NCBI GenBank assembly: GCA_046346665.1
Contig: JAXMHQ010000001.1
Location: 131,896-195,895, forward strand
From: Verrucomicrobiota bacterium
GTDB taxonomy: Bacteria > Verrucomicrobiota > Verrucomicrobiia > Limisphaerales > JAXMHQ01
Reading direction: 5' to 3'
Length of the DNA stretch: 64,000 nucleotides
Part shown: positions 44,005 to 54,139 of the stretch, in pieces
Position numbering within the stretch: the stretch's first letter is position 1
Layout of the letters: every line of letters starts with the position of its first letter
The notes under the pieces: generated by a model
Database searches by the model: none
What the model was told of the DNA's origin: nothing
What the model saw: the letters and a program-made list of their open reading frames with translations, nothing else
Position numbers and translations under genes: made by a program

Positions 44005-46580
44005 GCCCCGCCCTCCTCCCCGGCGTCCGCCCGGCATTCCAAACCGCGCCCCGCCAGCCGCGTCACACCGCAGGCGAATAAAACCACGGAAAATGAGCTC
44101 AGCGGCATCAGGATCGCCGACACCAGGGGCGACAACAGCCCGGCCGCCGCGACGGAAATGCCCACCAGGTTATAAAGCGCGGAAATGCCAAATCCCACCC
44201 GCACGATCGTCGCGCTCCGCCGCGCCACGGCCAGGGTCCGCCCCAGGTGCGCCACCCGCGTCGCGTCCAGGATCACGTCGCTCGCCGGCGAAAACGCCCC
44301 GGCCCGCTCCACCACCGCCACGCCCACGTCGCTCTGCCGGAACGCCCCGGCGTCGTTCAATCCGTCCCCCACCATCATCACGGTCCGGCCCGCGCGCTGC
44401 CGGTCCCGCACATAATGCAATTTGTCCAGCGGACTCTGGTTGAACAACAGCGGCGCACCCGGCCCCATCAGCTTCCGGAACCGGTCGGCCTCGCGCGGAT
44501 TGTCCCCGCTCACCAGCGACACTTCCATCCTGCCCGCAAGATCCATCGTCATTTGGTCCGCCTCCGGCCGCATGTCGTTGGCGATCACGAAGGCCCCCTG
44601 GAATTCGCCGTCGACGGCCAGTGCGACGAGGCTGCCGGGGCGGTTGGGAAGGGATTGGACCGCGATGCCGCGGGACAGGAGCCAGGCGGGGGAGCCGAGC
44701 AGCAGCGAGCGGCCGTGGACGCGGCCTTCGACACCGCAGCCGGCGGTTTCCCGGAAATCCTGGACCGGGTCGAGCAGGCAGTGGGCGGACAGGAAATTGG
44801 CGATGCGGGAGGCGTGCGGGTGCGAGGACTGGAGGGCGAGGGAAAAGACGCGCTGCTCGTCCGGGCGGCTCAGGGCGGGTCCGTGGAAGCGGACGCCGCC
44901 GACGGACGCCGTGGTGAGCGTGCCGGTCTTGTCGAAAACCACCGAGTCGATGCGGGCCATTTCCTCGATGACATCGACGTTGCGGACGAACACGCCGGCG
45001 CGGGCGAACAGGCGCTGGGCGGTGCCGAGCGTGAACGGCGCGGCCAGCGCGAGCGCGCAGGGACAGGCCACGATGAGAATGGAGGTGAACGCTTTGGCCG
45101 CGCGCGCGGAATCGCCGGAGGCAAGCCAGAACACGGCCGCGCCCGCGGCGAGGCAGATCACCGCGATCGTGAACGCGAGGCTGAAGCGGTTCGTGAGCGA
45201 TTCAAAGCCGGCCTTGCGAGTCTTGCGGAAGGCCTCGTGGTTCCAGAGCGAGGTCAGGTAGCTGTGGGAAACCGGTTTGACGGTCTCGAGCTCGATGGCC
45301 CCTCCGATCTGCTTGCCGCCTGCGTAAAGGTAATCGCCGCGGGATTTCGGCAGCGGCTCGGATTCGCCGGTGACAAAGCTGTAATCGATGAGCGCGGCAT
45401 CGCTGGCGAGGCGCGCGTCGGCCGGGATGAGTTCGCCGTGCCGCAGCACAAGGCGGTCGCCCACCTTGAGCCGCTCGAGCGACACGTGCTCCTCACGGCC
45501 GCCACCGGGCAGGCGGCGGGCGACGGAGATCGGGAAAAACGACCGGTAATCGCGGTTGAACGCGAATCGTTCCTGCGTGGTCTGCTGAAACGCGCGCCCG
45601 CACAGCAGAAAGAACACGAGGCCCGCGAGCGAATCCAGGTAGCCGTCGCCCCGCTGCACCACGATCGACCAGGCGCTCTGCACGTAGAGCGCGCCCAGGC
45701 CGAGCGCAATCGGCACGTCCAGCGTCAGACGGCGGCGGCGGATGGAGAGCGCGGCGGATTTCCAGTAATCCGAGGCGCTGTAGACCACGACGGGGAATGC
45801 CAGGGCGAGGCTGATCCAGCCGAACACGGCGCGGAACAGCGGCGCCGTCCAGATGTCCAGACCAAGATAGGCGGGGAGGCTGAACAGCATGATGTTTCCG
45901 AACGCGAACCCGGCCACGGCGATCTGGATCCACTGCCGGTGCCGGCGCGCCCGTTGCGGCGCCCCGTCGAGCCGGTCGAGCGTGAGCACCGGTTCGTAGC
46001 CGAGCGACACCAGGAGCGCGACCAGGCCGCTGAGCGTCAGGCGGTCGTTGGAAAAGGCGAACGAGGCTTCGCGGCGGGCGAAGTTGACCCGGACGGTTCC
46101 GACGCCGGGATGCAGGCGGAAAAGGTTTTCGAGCAGCCAGACACAGGCGACGCAATGGATGGCGGGGAGCTGAAAGGTGACGCGGCTCGTCCGGCCATCG
46201 GTGAAATCGAGGAGCTTCGCGGCAACCTCCGGTTCGTCGAGGAAAGCCCAGCGCCGGGCGGGATCGCGCCGGAACGCGCGCACGCCGGGATGCCGCTGCA
46301 GCTCGTAATAATTGCCCAAGCCGCTCTCCGTCAGGAGATCGTGCACCACCCGGCAGCCGGCGCAGCAGAAATGACGGCCGGCGGCGGCCACGGACCCCTC
46401 CGCGCAAGGCTCGCCGCAATGATAACACGCGGGATCGCCGGTCTCGGAGACGCCCGCCGAATTCCGGCGCGCGCTTGCCCCGGCGGCAGCCAAATCGGGC
46501 TGTATCCGGTCAACCCCGGCGGCGTGCCGGGCCCTGTCGGGCGGCCGCTTTGCTTCAACGAATCCCATTGCAACAATCAC
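44001..46580 (-). CDS. ccoI: heavy-metal (copper) translocating P1B-type ATPase CcoI/FixI
   Basis: CPC transmembrane motif (VACPCAL), phosphorylation site FDKTGTLT, hinge GDGLNDAGA, N-terminal CxxC metal sites (CYHCGEPC). The start is ambiguous: GTG 46580 or ATG 46567. Confidence 0.9.
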   Translation of the reverse strand: MIVAMGFVEAKRPPDRARHAAGVDRIQPDLAAAGASARRNSAGVSETGDPACYHCGEPCAEGSVAAAGRHFCCAGCRVVHDLLTESGLGNYYELQRHPGVRAFRRDPARRWAFLDEPEVAAKLLDFTDGRTSRVTFQLPAIHCVACVWLLENLFRLHPGVGTVRVNFARREASFAFSNDRLTLSGLVALLVSLGYEPVLTLDRLDGAPQRARRHRQWIQIAVAGFAFGNIMLFSLPAYLGLDIWTAPLFRAVFGWISLALAFPVVVYSASDYWKSAALSIRRRRLTLDVPIALGLGALYVQSAWSIVVQRGDGYLDSLAGLVFFLLCGRAFQQTTQERFAFNRDYRSFFPISVARRLPGGGREEHVSLERLKVGDRLVLRHGELIPADARLASDAALIDYSFVTGESEPLPKSRGDYLYAGGKQIGGAIELETVKPVSHSYLTSLWNHEAFRKTRKAGFESLTNRFSLAFTIAVICLAAGAAVFWLASGDSARAAKAFTSILIVACPCALALAAPFTLGTAQRLFARAGVFVRNVDVIEEMARIDSVVFDKTGTLTTASVGGVRFHGPALSRPDEQRVFSLALQSSHPHASRIANFLSAHCLLDPVQDFRETAGCGVEGRVHGRSLLLGSPAWLLSRGIAVQSLPNRPGSLVALAVDGEFQGAFVIANDMRPEADQMTMDLAGRMEVSLVSGDNPREADRFRKLMGPGAPLLFNQSPLDKLHYVRDRQRAGRTVMMVGDGLNDAGAFRQSDVGVAVVERAGAFSPASDVILDATRVAHLGRTLAVARRSATIVRVGFGISALYNLVGISVAAAGLLSPLVSAILMPLSSFSVVLFACGVTRLAGRGLECRADAGEEGGA

Positions 46581-46726
46581 TGCTCATCCAAAGTGCGCTT
46601 CGAAAAATCCTATCAGAACTGTTCGGCATGACTTCGAAAAAAGCTTAGCTTTAATTGCCCAAGGCTCGCCATTTTTTGACCAGTCGAGCGGTGAACCCCG
46701 GGAGGCGGGATGGGGAGCGAAGGGGC

Positions 46727-46802
46727 GGATTAATGGATGAATGGATTCCTGGATTCAGGATGCCCAATCCAACAATCCAATTATCCAGCGATCCAACAAT
46801 CC
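46727..46802. repeat. word-periodic hairpin (GGATTAATGGATT family) in the ccoI-glgC divergent gap
   Basis: ggattaatggatgaatggattcctggattcag ... caatccaacaatccaattatccagcgatccaacaatcc. Confidence 0.75.
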
Positions 46803-46898
46803 GCTTCTTCCCTTTCCCCGCTTGCCCGTTTTGCGGAGGGAGCGTATAAGTTTGGCGTAGCGAGTGCGGTCAACCCAGAAGAGAGATTCATCAATACT

Positions 46899-48206
46899 AT
46901 GTCACAGACAGGGCGGCAGACCATCAACACGAGCAACGTGCTTTCGGTGATCATGGGCGGCGGACAGGGCACGCGGCTGTTCCCGCTCACCAAGGAGCGG
47001 TCCAAGCCCGCGGTGCCGCTGGCGGGCAAATACCGGCTGGTCGACATCCCGATTTCCAACTGCATCAATTCCGGCCTGCGCCGCATCTACCTGCTCACCC
47101 AGTTCAATTCCGCCTCGCTGCACCGCCACATTTCCCAGTCGTACAAGTTCGATCATTTCACCGGCGGTTTCGTGGAGATCCTGGCGGCGGAGCAGACGAT
47201 GACGGACAATTCCTGGTACCAGGGCACGGCCGACGCGGTGCGGAAAAACCTGATTCATTTTCTGAACCACGATTTCGATTACCTGCTGATCCTGAGCGGC
47301 GACCAATTGTATCACATGGATTTCCGGCGGATTATCGCGCAGCACCAGGAGACGGGGGCGGACATCACCGTGGCGACCATCCCCGTGTCGCGGCGCGAAT
47401 CGGAATCGCTGGGCATCATGCAAATCGATGCCGAACGGCGGATCACGCGGTTTGTGGAGAAGCCGAAGGACCCGGCGGTGCAGGATTCCCTTCGGCTGAC
47501 GCCGGACTGGCTGGAGCGGCTGGGGATTGAGGCGGGCAAGGAGTGTTTCCTGGCGTCGATGGGCATCTACGTGTTCAACCGGGATGTTGTCCGCAAGCTC
47601 CTGGACAACAACCTGACGGATTTCGGCAAGCACATCATCCCGGGCGCGATCGGGACGCAGCGCGTGTTCTCGTTTGTGTTCCAGGGTTACTGGGAGGATA
47701 TCGGGACGATCCGGTCGTTTTTCGAAGCCAACCTCGACGTCACGTCGGAGCTGCCGCGGTTTAATTTCTTCGACATGGGCGCGCCGATCTTCAGCCGGCC
47801 GCGGTTCCTGCCGGGCTCAAAAATCAACAGCGCGCAGGTGGACCACGCGGTGATTTCCGACGGCTGCATCATCAATCATTCGCGCATTTCGCACAGCATC
47901 GTGGGCGTGCGCAGCATCGTGGGCGCCGGGACCGAACTGAACCGCGTCATCCTGCTGGGCTGCGATTATTATGAATCGGCCGAGTCGATCGCCGCCAATG
48001 AACAGGCGGGCCGGCCGCGGATCGGGGTGGGGATGAACACGCGCATTGAAAACGCGATCATCGACAAAAATGCGCGCATCGGGGACAACGTGACCATTTC
48101 GCCCGCCGGCAAGCCCGAACAGGTGGATCACCCGCTGTATTACATCCGCGACGGCATTGTAATCATCCCCAAGAGCGGCGTCGTCCCGCACGGCACGGTC
48201 ATTTGA
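46899..48206 (+). CDS. glgC: glucose-1-phosphate adenylyltransferase
   Basis: VIMGGGQGTRLFPLTKERSKPAVPLAGKYRLVDIPISNCINSG, WYQGTADAV, and the left-handed beta-helix C-terminus. ATG 46899; upstream ORF-track residues are encoded by a repeat. Confidence 0.95.
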   Translation: MSQTGRQTINTSNVLSVIMGGGQGTRLFPLTKERSKPAVPLAGKYRLVDIPISNCINSGLRRIYLLTQFNSASLHRHISQSYKFDHFTGGFVEILAAEQTMTDNSWYQGTADAVRKNLIHFLNHDFDYLLILSGDQLYHMDFRRIIAQHQETGADITVATIPVSRRESESLGIMQIDAERRITRFVEKPKDPAVQDSLRLTPDWLERLGIEAGKECFLASMGIYVFNRDVVRKLLDNNLTDFGKHIIPGAIGTQRVFSFVFQGYWEDIGTIRSFFEANLDVTSELPRFNFFDMGAPIFSRPRFLPGSKINSAQVDHAVISDGCIINHSRISHSIVGVRSIVGAGTELNRVILLGCDYYESAESIAANEQAGRPRIGVGMNTRIENAIIDKNARIGDNVTISPAGKPEQVDHPLYYIRDGIVIIPKSGVVPHGTVI

Positions 48207-48216
48207 CCGCGAAGTT

Positions 48217-48247
48217 CTTTTCACCACGAAGGCGCGAAGCGCACGAA
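48217..48247 (+). repeat. 31-bp direct repeat, copy 1 (orphan left arm, CACGAAG family) just after the glgC stop
   Basis: ttttcaccacgaaggcgcgaagcgcacgaag is 29/31 identical to 48799..48829. Confidence 0.9.
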
Positions 48248-48255
48248 GTTCAGAA

Positions 48256-48687
48256 TTACATCTGTTCCGGGCGGGCTTCCGGATTTTTCCGCGTGTGCCC
48301 CGTGTCCAGGATCAGGCGGGTGATGCCGTCTTTCAGAAGGCTGACATTGAAATTCAGCAAGAGCCCGACCCGAACATTCGCGAGCTTCATATAGGTTAGC
48401 AACTGGGCTTTGTGAATTGGATCAATGTTTGCGACGGATTTAAGCTCCACGATGATACCTCGATCCACCATCAAATCCAGCCGGTAGCCGCAATCGATGG
48501 CCATCCCCTTGTAGCAAACAGGCAATGGCACTTGCGCCTGAAATGGAATTTTTTGCAAAGCGAGTTCGTGCGCGAGGCAGTGTTCGTAAGCGGATTCCAG
48601 CAAACCCGGCCCGAGGGCGCGATGCACTTCTATGGCGCAGCCGATCAACCGGTTCGAGAGTTCTTCAAACTGAATGGTTCCCTGCAT
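48256..48687 (-). CDS. GxxExxY protein (PDDEXK_3 / PD-(D/E)XK nuclease-like family)
   Basis: IGCAIEVHRALGPGLLESAYEHCLAHEL carries the family-defining G..E..Y motif. D...VELK and QLLTYMK blocks follow. Lower GC than its neighbours. Confidence 0.85.
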   Translation of the reverse strand: MQGTIQFEELSNRLIGCAIEVHRALGPGLLESAYEHCLAHELALQKIPFQAQVPLPVCYKGMAIDCGYRLDLMVDRGIIVELKSVANIDPIHKAQLLTYMKLANVRVGLLLNFNVSLLKDGITRLILDTGHTRKNPEARPEQM

Positions 48688-48798
48688 GCTATTCCCTTTC
48701 CTTTATGAACCACGAGAATTCGAGATTCAACCTTGCATGAGAGAATAAAGCCGCGGGTAGGACAATGGCAGTCCAACCTCACAGAAACAGGGAAGACA

Positions 48799-48911
48799 TT
48801 TTTACCACGCAGGCGCGAAGCGCACGAAGATTTGTTCAGGGATAGCCTAACAAGAAAAACTTCGCGCTCTTCGCGCCTTCGTGGTGAACAAAGTCTTCGC
48901 CCTTCGTGGTC
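48799..48911. repeat. 31-bp direct repeat copy 2 plus its complementary arm (intact CACGAAG-family hairpin abutting the CBM48 gene stop)
   Basis: tttttaccacgcaggcgcgaagcgcacgaag - 30-nt loop - cttcgcgctcttcgcgccttcgtggtgaa, followed by a partial extra word gtcttcgcccttcgtggtc. Confidence 0.85.
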
Positions 48912-48919
48912 AGCGCCGG

Positions 48920-49345
48920 CTACTTGGTCTGCGCGTAGAGCATGAAGACGCGCCCGCCGCGGGCGGTTTGGAGCTGGAACTGTTCCTCCTGCGGCCCGTG
49001 CGGAATCGCCAGCCCGTCCGCATTTTTATCCTGCACCGGTTTGCCATCCACCAGGATCATGTAGTGATGGGTGCGGTTCCCGGGGATGTGGTGAAGCGTG
49101 ACGTGCCAGGCGTCAACTTCGCTGTCGCGTGTGAGCGGCACTTTCTGCCAGTTGTTGAAGGAGCCGACGATCTCGACCGTGGCCGGCGCCTGGGTTTGTC
49201 CGTCGGGCAACCGCCAGCGGAATACCTTGGAATAAGTCGGGCGCCGGTCGGGGGAGTCCTGGTGTTTCAGCGGCGATCCGGCGAAAGGTTCTGGAACCAT
49301 CGGCCCGCCCTTGGAGGATTTCTGACCAAAAAAACTGTTCAGCAT
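48920..49345 (-). CDS. glycogen-binding (CBM48 / AMPK1_CBM-like) domain protein
   Basis: VFRWRLPDG...VEIVGSFNNWQKVPLTRD.....WHVTL.L.PG.H.Y..LVDG is the AMPK beta/CBM48 pattern. Confidence 0.7.
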   Translation of the reverse strand: MLNSFFGQKSSKGGPMVPEPFAGSPLKHQDSPDRRPTYSKVFRWRLPDGQTQAPATVEIVGSFNNWQKVPLTRDSEVDAWHVTLHHIPGNRTHHYMILVDGKPVQDKNADGLAIPHGPQEEQFQLQTARGGRVFMLYAQTK

Positions 49346-49363
49346 ACGACAAAAAACAATTCC

Positions 49364-49458
49364 GGGAGGGACGAGCTACCGCGAGTCCCATTCCAGGCTG
49401 GCGACAAAACCGCTTCTTCTGTGCATTGTGTTGGGGACTCGCATAGCTCGTCCCTCCC
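49364..49458. repeat. long imperfect hairpin (26-nt arms, 43-nt loop), distinct non-periodic repeat type
   Basis: gggagggacgagctaccgcgagtccc ... ggggactcgcatagctcgtccctccc (about 24/26 complementary). Confidence 0.75.
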
Positions 49459-49469
49459 ATATTTACACC

Positions 49470-49509
49470 ATCCGGGAATCCAGTCCAGCGGGAGCTGGAA
49501 TTCCCGGAT
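49470..49509 (-). terminator. hairpin immediately downstream of fba (terminator-like, no U-tract)
   Basis: atccgggaatccag-tccagcgggag-ctggaattcccggat. Confidence 0.45.
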
Positions 49510-49546
49510 AAACGAGGGAGAAATCCGCCGGCGGGGGAGGTTGCGC

Positions 49547-50512
49547 TCAGTCGAAGGCGTGCCCGGCGCAGCACAGGACGTTTCTGACCTTGTGCCGGAC
49601 GAGTTCCTTGACCTTGTTGCGGGCGGGGCCGAGATACTTGCGGGGATCGAATTCCTTGGGATTCTCGAACAGCGCCTTGCGGATGGCGGCCGTCATGGCC
49701 AGGCGCAGGTCGGTGTCGATGTTGACCTTGGTGCAACCGGTGCGGCGCGCGACTTCGATATCCGATTCCGAAACGCCGGCGGTGTCGGTGCCGAGTTTGC
49801 CGCCGTACTTGTTGATTTCCTCCGCGAGATCCTTCGGAACGCTGGAAGCGCCGTGCAGCACGAGCGGGTAATCGCCCAGCCCGGCGTCCATCAGCGCCTT
49901 CTTGATCGCCTTGAGCCGCTCCAGGTCGAGGTGCTGTTCGCCCTTGAATTTATAGGCCCCGTGGGAATTGCCGATGGCGACCGCGAGGGAATCGACGCCG
50001 GATTCGCGCACGAATCGGACGGCTTCCTCGGGGTGGGTGTAATGGCCGGTGGTGGAGTAATTGCCGCCCTCCTCGCCTTCGTCGAACTGCGCGCCGACGA
50101 GGTGGCCGAGTTCGCCTTCCACAACGCAATTGTGCTTGTGGGCGTATTCCACGACGCGCTTGCAGATCTCCACGTTCTTGTCGAACGGCTCGTGGCTCGC
50201 GTCGATCATCACGCTGGTGAACCCCTCATCGATGCAATCCTTGCACAGCTCGAACGAGTCGCCATGGTCCAGGTGGACGGCGATCGGGATGTTCGAGAGG
50301 CTGACGGCGGCTTCGATCAGTTTCTTCAGGTAAACCGGGTTGGCATACTGCCGGGCGCCCTTGGAAATCTGGAGCATGACCGGCGCTTTTTCCTCCTCGC
50401 AGGCCTCAACGATGGCCTGGAGCAGCTCCATGTTGTTGACGTTGAAAGCTCCCAGCGCGTATTTTCCCTTGAGCGCCTTGGCAAACAATTCCCGCGTATG
50501 TGTCAATGGCAT
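49547..50512 (-). CDS. fba: class II fructose-1,6-bisphosphate aldolase
   Basis: YALGAFNVNNMELLQAIVEA, VHLDHG, SVMIDASH, EGELG, AIGNSHG motifs. The start is at internal ATG 50512. Confidence 0.95.
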   Translation of the reverse strand: MPLTHTRELFAKALKGKYALGAFNVNNMELLQAIVEACEEEKAPVMLQISKGARQYANPVYLKKLIEAAVSLSNIPIAVHLDHGDSFELCKDCIDEGFTSVMIDASHEPFDKNVEICKRVVEYAHKHNCVVEGELGHLVGAQFDEGEEGGNYSTTGHYTHPEEAVRFVRESGVDSLAVAIGNSHGAYKFKGEQHLDLERLKAIKKALMDAGLGDYPLVLHGASSVPKDLAEEINKYGGKLGTDTAGVSESDIEVARRTGCTKVNIDTDLRLAMTAAIRKALFENPKEFDPRKYLGPARNKVKELVRHKVRNVLCCAGHAFD

Positions 50513-50626
50513 AAAGTGTCGTTCTGTTTCACGCGCCGCACGGGCGCATATCCGGAACATTTTAGGCGGACCCGGTCAAAAGGAAACAAAAAACACAGGA
50601 CTCACCTCGAAGCAGGGAAGGATTTA

Positions 50627-50881
50627 TCAACCACGAAGACACGAAGAACACGAAGGTTTTGGGGGGGCAGATTGTTTCGATGTTGGGACCGGATGAGGCC
50701 GGCCCTCCAATCGATCCGCTATCGACGATGCAAAGTGAAATGCCTGGAAAAGACCAATCGCGGAAATCAGCCGCAGACTCAGCAAGCGCGCAAAATTCGA
50801 TGTGCACGGAATGAACGAGCAGCCTGGTCCGGCTTTCCCCCGAAAAAGACTTCGCGTTCTCCGCGTCTTCGTGGTGAAAAA
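50627..50881. repeat. word-periodic inverted repeat (CACGAAG family) with ~168-nt lower-GC loop, between the sigma-54 activator gene and fba
   Basis: Left tcaaccacgaagacacgaagaacacgaaggttttggggggg. Right cccccgaaaaagacttcgcgttctccgcgtcttcgtggtgaaaaa. Confidence 0.8.
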
Positions 50882-50894
50882 TTTCCCTCCCCGT

Positions 50895-52364
<1,470 letters not shown>

Positions 52365-52439
52365 CGGCCGACATTAACGGAATTTCTTCCCGGCGGGCAA
52401 GCTTTTCAACCGCGCGACGCAACAACACGAACCGGCTCT

Positions 52440-52466
52440 CACCACGAAGACACGAAGGACGCGAAG
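52440..52466. repeat. orphan left-type arm of the CACGAAG family upstream of the sigma-54 activator gene
   Basis: caccacgaagacacgaaggacgcgaag. No complementary arm lies nearby. It is complementary (~22/27) to the right arm at 50850..50876 on the other side of the gene. Confidence 0.75.
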
Positions 52467-52554
52467 AAATCTCTTTTGAGGGAAGTGCTGCTCCCGATTT
52501 TGCTTTTGCGCGGCTGCCGGATTTCCGACGCCGCGCCCGATCTCGCGAAGGCGG

Positions 52555-52588
52555 CCATTCCGCACTCCGCGTTCCGCATTCCGCATTT
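52555..52588. repeat. orphan right-type arm of the AATGCGG family abutting the pilC stop
   Basis: ccattccgcactccgcgttccgcattccgcattt. About 29/31 identical to the reverse complement of 55418..55450, 2.8 kb away. Confidence 0.8.
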
Positions 52589-53798
52589 AGCGCGCCTGGT
52601 TGATGATGTCCGCCATTTTAAAGATGGGCAGGAACATACAGATCACCATGCCGCCGATGACGATGCCGAGGCCGACGATCAGGATGGGCTCGATCAGCGA
52701 GGTCAGGCCGGACAGGGTGGTTTCGATTTCCTCGTCCAGGAAGTCGGAGATGCGTTCCAGCATGTTGTCGATCTTGCCGGTTTGTTCGCCGGCCGTGATC
52801 ATGCGGATGATCATGCTGGGGAAAATGGGATGCTTGCTGAGCGCGGTGGAAATGCTTTCGCCGCGTTCGATGTCGGCGGAGGCGTCCTTGATGGCCTTCT
52901 CCATCACCACGTTGCCGACAGTCTGGGAAACGATCTGCAGCACTTCGAGGATCGGCACGCCGGAGCGGATCAGCGACGCCAGGGTGCGGGTGAATCGTGC
53001 AAGGCAGATCTTGTGGGCAATCATGCCGAAGATCGGGAGCTTGATGCGGCGCGAATCCCAGAACCAGCGGCCGGGCTTGGTCTTGATGAAGGCGAACCAG
53101 CCGTAAACGATGCCGGCGCCGGCGAGAACAAACAGGAGGATGAAGCGCTTGACGATTTCGCTCAGGTCGATGAGGAACTGGGTCGGACCGGGCAGCTTGG
53201 CGCCGAATCCCTGGTAAATTTCACCGAACACCGGCACGACCTTGATGAGCAGGAACGTGGTGATCAGGATAGCCACGATGGTGACGACCGTGGGATACAT
53301 CATCGCCGATTTGACCTTCTTGCGCAGGCGCGCAGCGTTTTCGAGGTAAATGGCCAGGCGCGCCATGATTTCGGCGAGCAAACCGCCCTTTTCACCGGCG
53401 GACACCATGGAATAATACAGGCGGTCGAAAACCTTCGGATGCTTCTGCAGCGCCTCGGAAAAGCTGTCGCCGGCTTCCACGCGGGCGCAAATGTCGCGAA
53501 TGACATCGCGCATCGCCTTGTTCGTGGTCTGTTCGGCGAGCGCCTGGAGCGACTGAACCATCGCAAGACCGGCGTCGATCATCGTGGCGAGTTGCCGGGT
53601 GAAAATGACCTGGTCGGCAAGGCTGACCCTGCCGCCGCTGGTGCGTCCTTTCTTGCCGACCTTTTCCTGGATGGAAACCACCAGGAGATTGCGGTTGAGC
53701 AGCGCCGTGATGGCCGCCTGCTCGGTGGCCGCTTCGACGGAGCTGCGGATCTCTCGGCCGGAGGCCGTCTCCCGCGCAATATACAAGTATGAAGGCAT
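52587..53798 (-). CDS. pilC: type II secretion system F-family / type IV pilus platform protein (PilC/GspF-like)
   Basis: 403 aa with duplicated T2SSF domains (LATMIDAGL..., LASLIRSGVPI...), a 3-TM layout, and the typical Y.A.....G N-terminus. Confidence 0.9.
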   Translation of the reverse strand: MPSYLYIARETASGREIRSSVEAATEQAAITALLNRNLLVVSIQEKVGKKGRTSGGRVSLADQVIFTRQLATMIDAGLAMVQSLQALAEQTTNKAMRDVIRDICARVEAGDSFSEALQKHPKVFDRLYYSMVSAGEKGGLLAEIMARLAIYLENAARLRKKVKSAMMYPTVVTIVAILITTFLLIKVVPVFGEIYQGFGAKLPGPTQFLIDLSEIVKRFILLFVLAGAGIVYGWFAFIKTKPGRWFWDSRRIKLPIFGMIAHKICLARFTRTLASLIRSGVPILEVLQIVSQTVGNVVMEKAIKDASADIERGESISTALSKHPIFPSMIIRMITAGEQTGKIDNMLERISDFLDEEIETTLSGLTSLIEPILIVGLGIVIGGMVICMFLPIFKMADIINQAR

Positions 53799-54108
53799 AG
53801 CTTATCGAAACGGCCTCCCGCAGGTTCGCAACCTGGTTGTTCAGTTCAGGACGGCTCGTTCGCGGCATGTTGAGCAGGGTTTATTCCACTCATTCACAAA
53901 ACCTCATCCAAGCTCCCGCCACGGCGCGTTTTGCGGTTTTTCAGTGGCGCTCCCGGCTGCTTCTGCCCCAAGCCCGGACAGTTCTGTACCGGTCCGCGGG
54001 AAGAATCTTGTTGTCAAAGCCCCCGGTTTGGCTTTGAATCGGATCCATCAACCGGGGCCGGCCCGCCCGGCGGGTAACTGTTCAGGAACCGGGACGGATC
54101 CAGCCCCT

Positions 54109-54124
54109 TGGCGCAGAAGATGCC
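54109..54124 (+). promoter_or_regulatory. candidate sigma-54 (-24/-12) promoter for porin paralog 1
   Basis: TGGCGCagaagATGCC. The GG and GC dinucleotides sit at the consensus spacing of TGGCAC-N5-TTGCW, 16-31 nt upstream of the possible starts. Confidence 0.35.
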
Positions 54125-54139
54125 CATTATAAGTTTATT

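Noticed and set aside
46853-46868. Additional sigma-54-like matches upstream of glgC (TGGCGTagcgaGTGCG) and, on the minus strand, upstream of ccoI (46655-46670, TGGCGAgccttGGGCA)
   Set aside because: Spacing is correct, but the -12 elements are poor (GTGCG, GGGCA) and TGGC/TGC strings are common in this GC-rich DNA. They are treated as background-level hits. They also serve as a caution on the specificity of the four reported candidates.
48217-48911. Integron cassette/attC interpretation of hairpin-flanked single genes (GxxExxY, dUTPase)
   Set aside because: There is no intI integrase, attI or cassette array. The flanking genes are housekeeping. The hairpins lack the R''-L''/L'-R' core (GTTRRRY) organisation of attC sites. 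The observation is kept as a separate, unexplained phenomenon.
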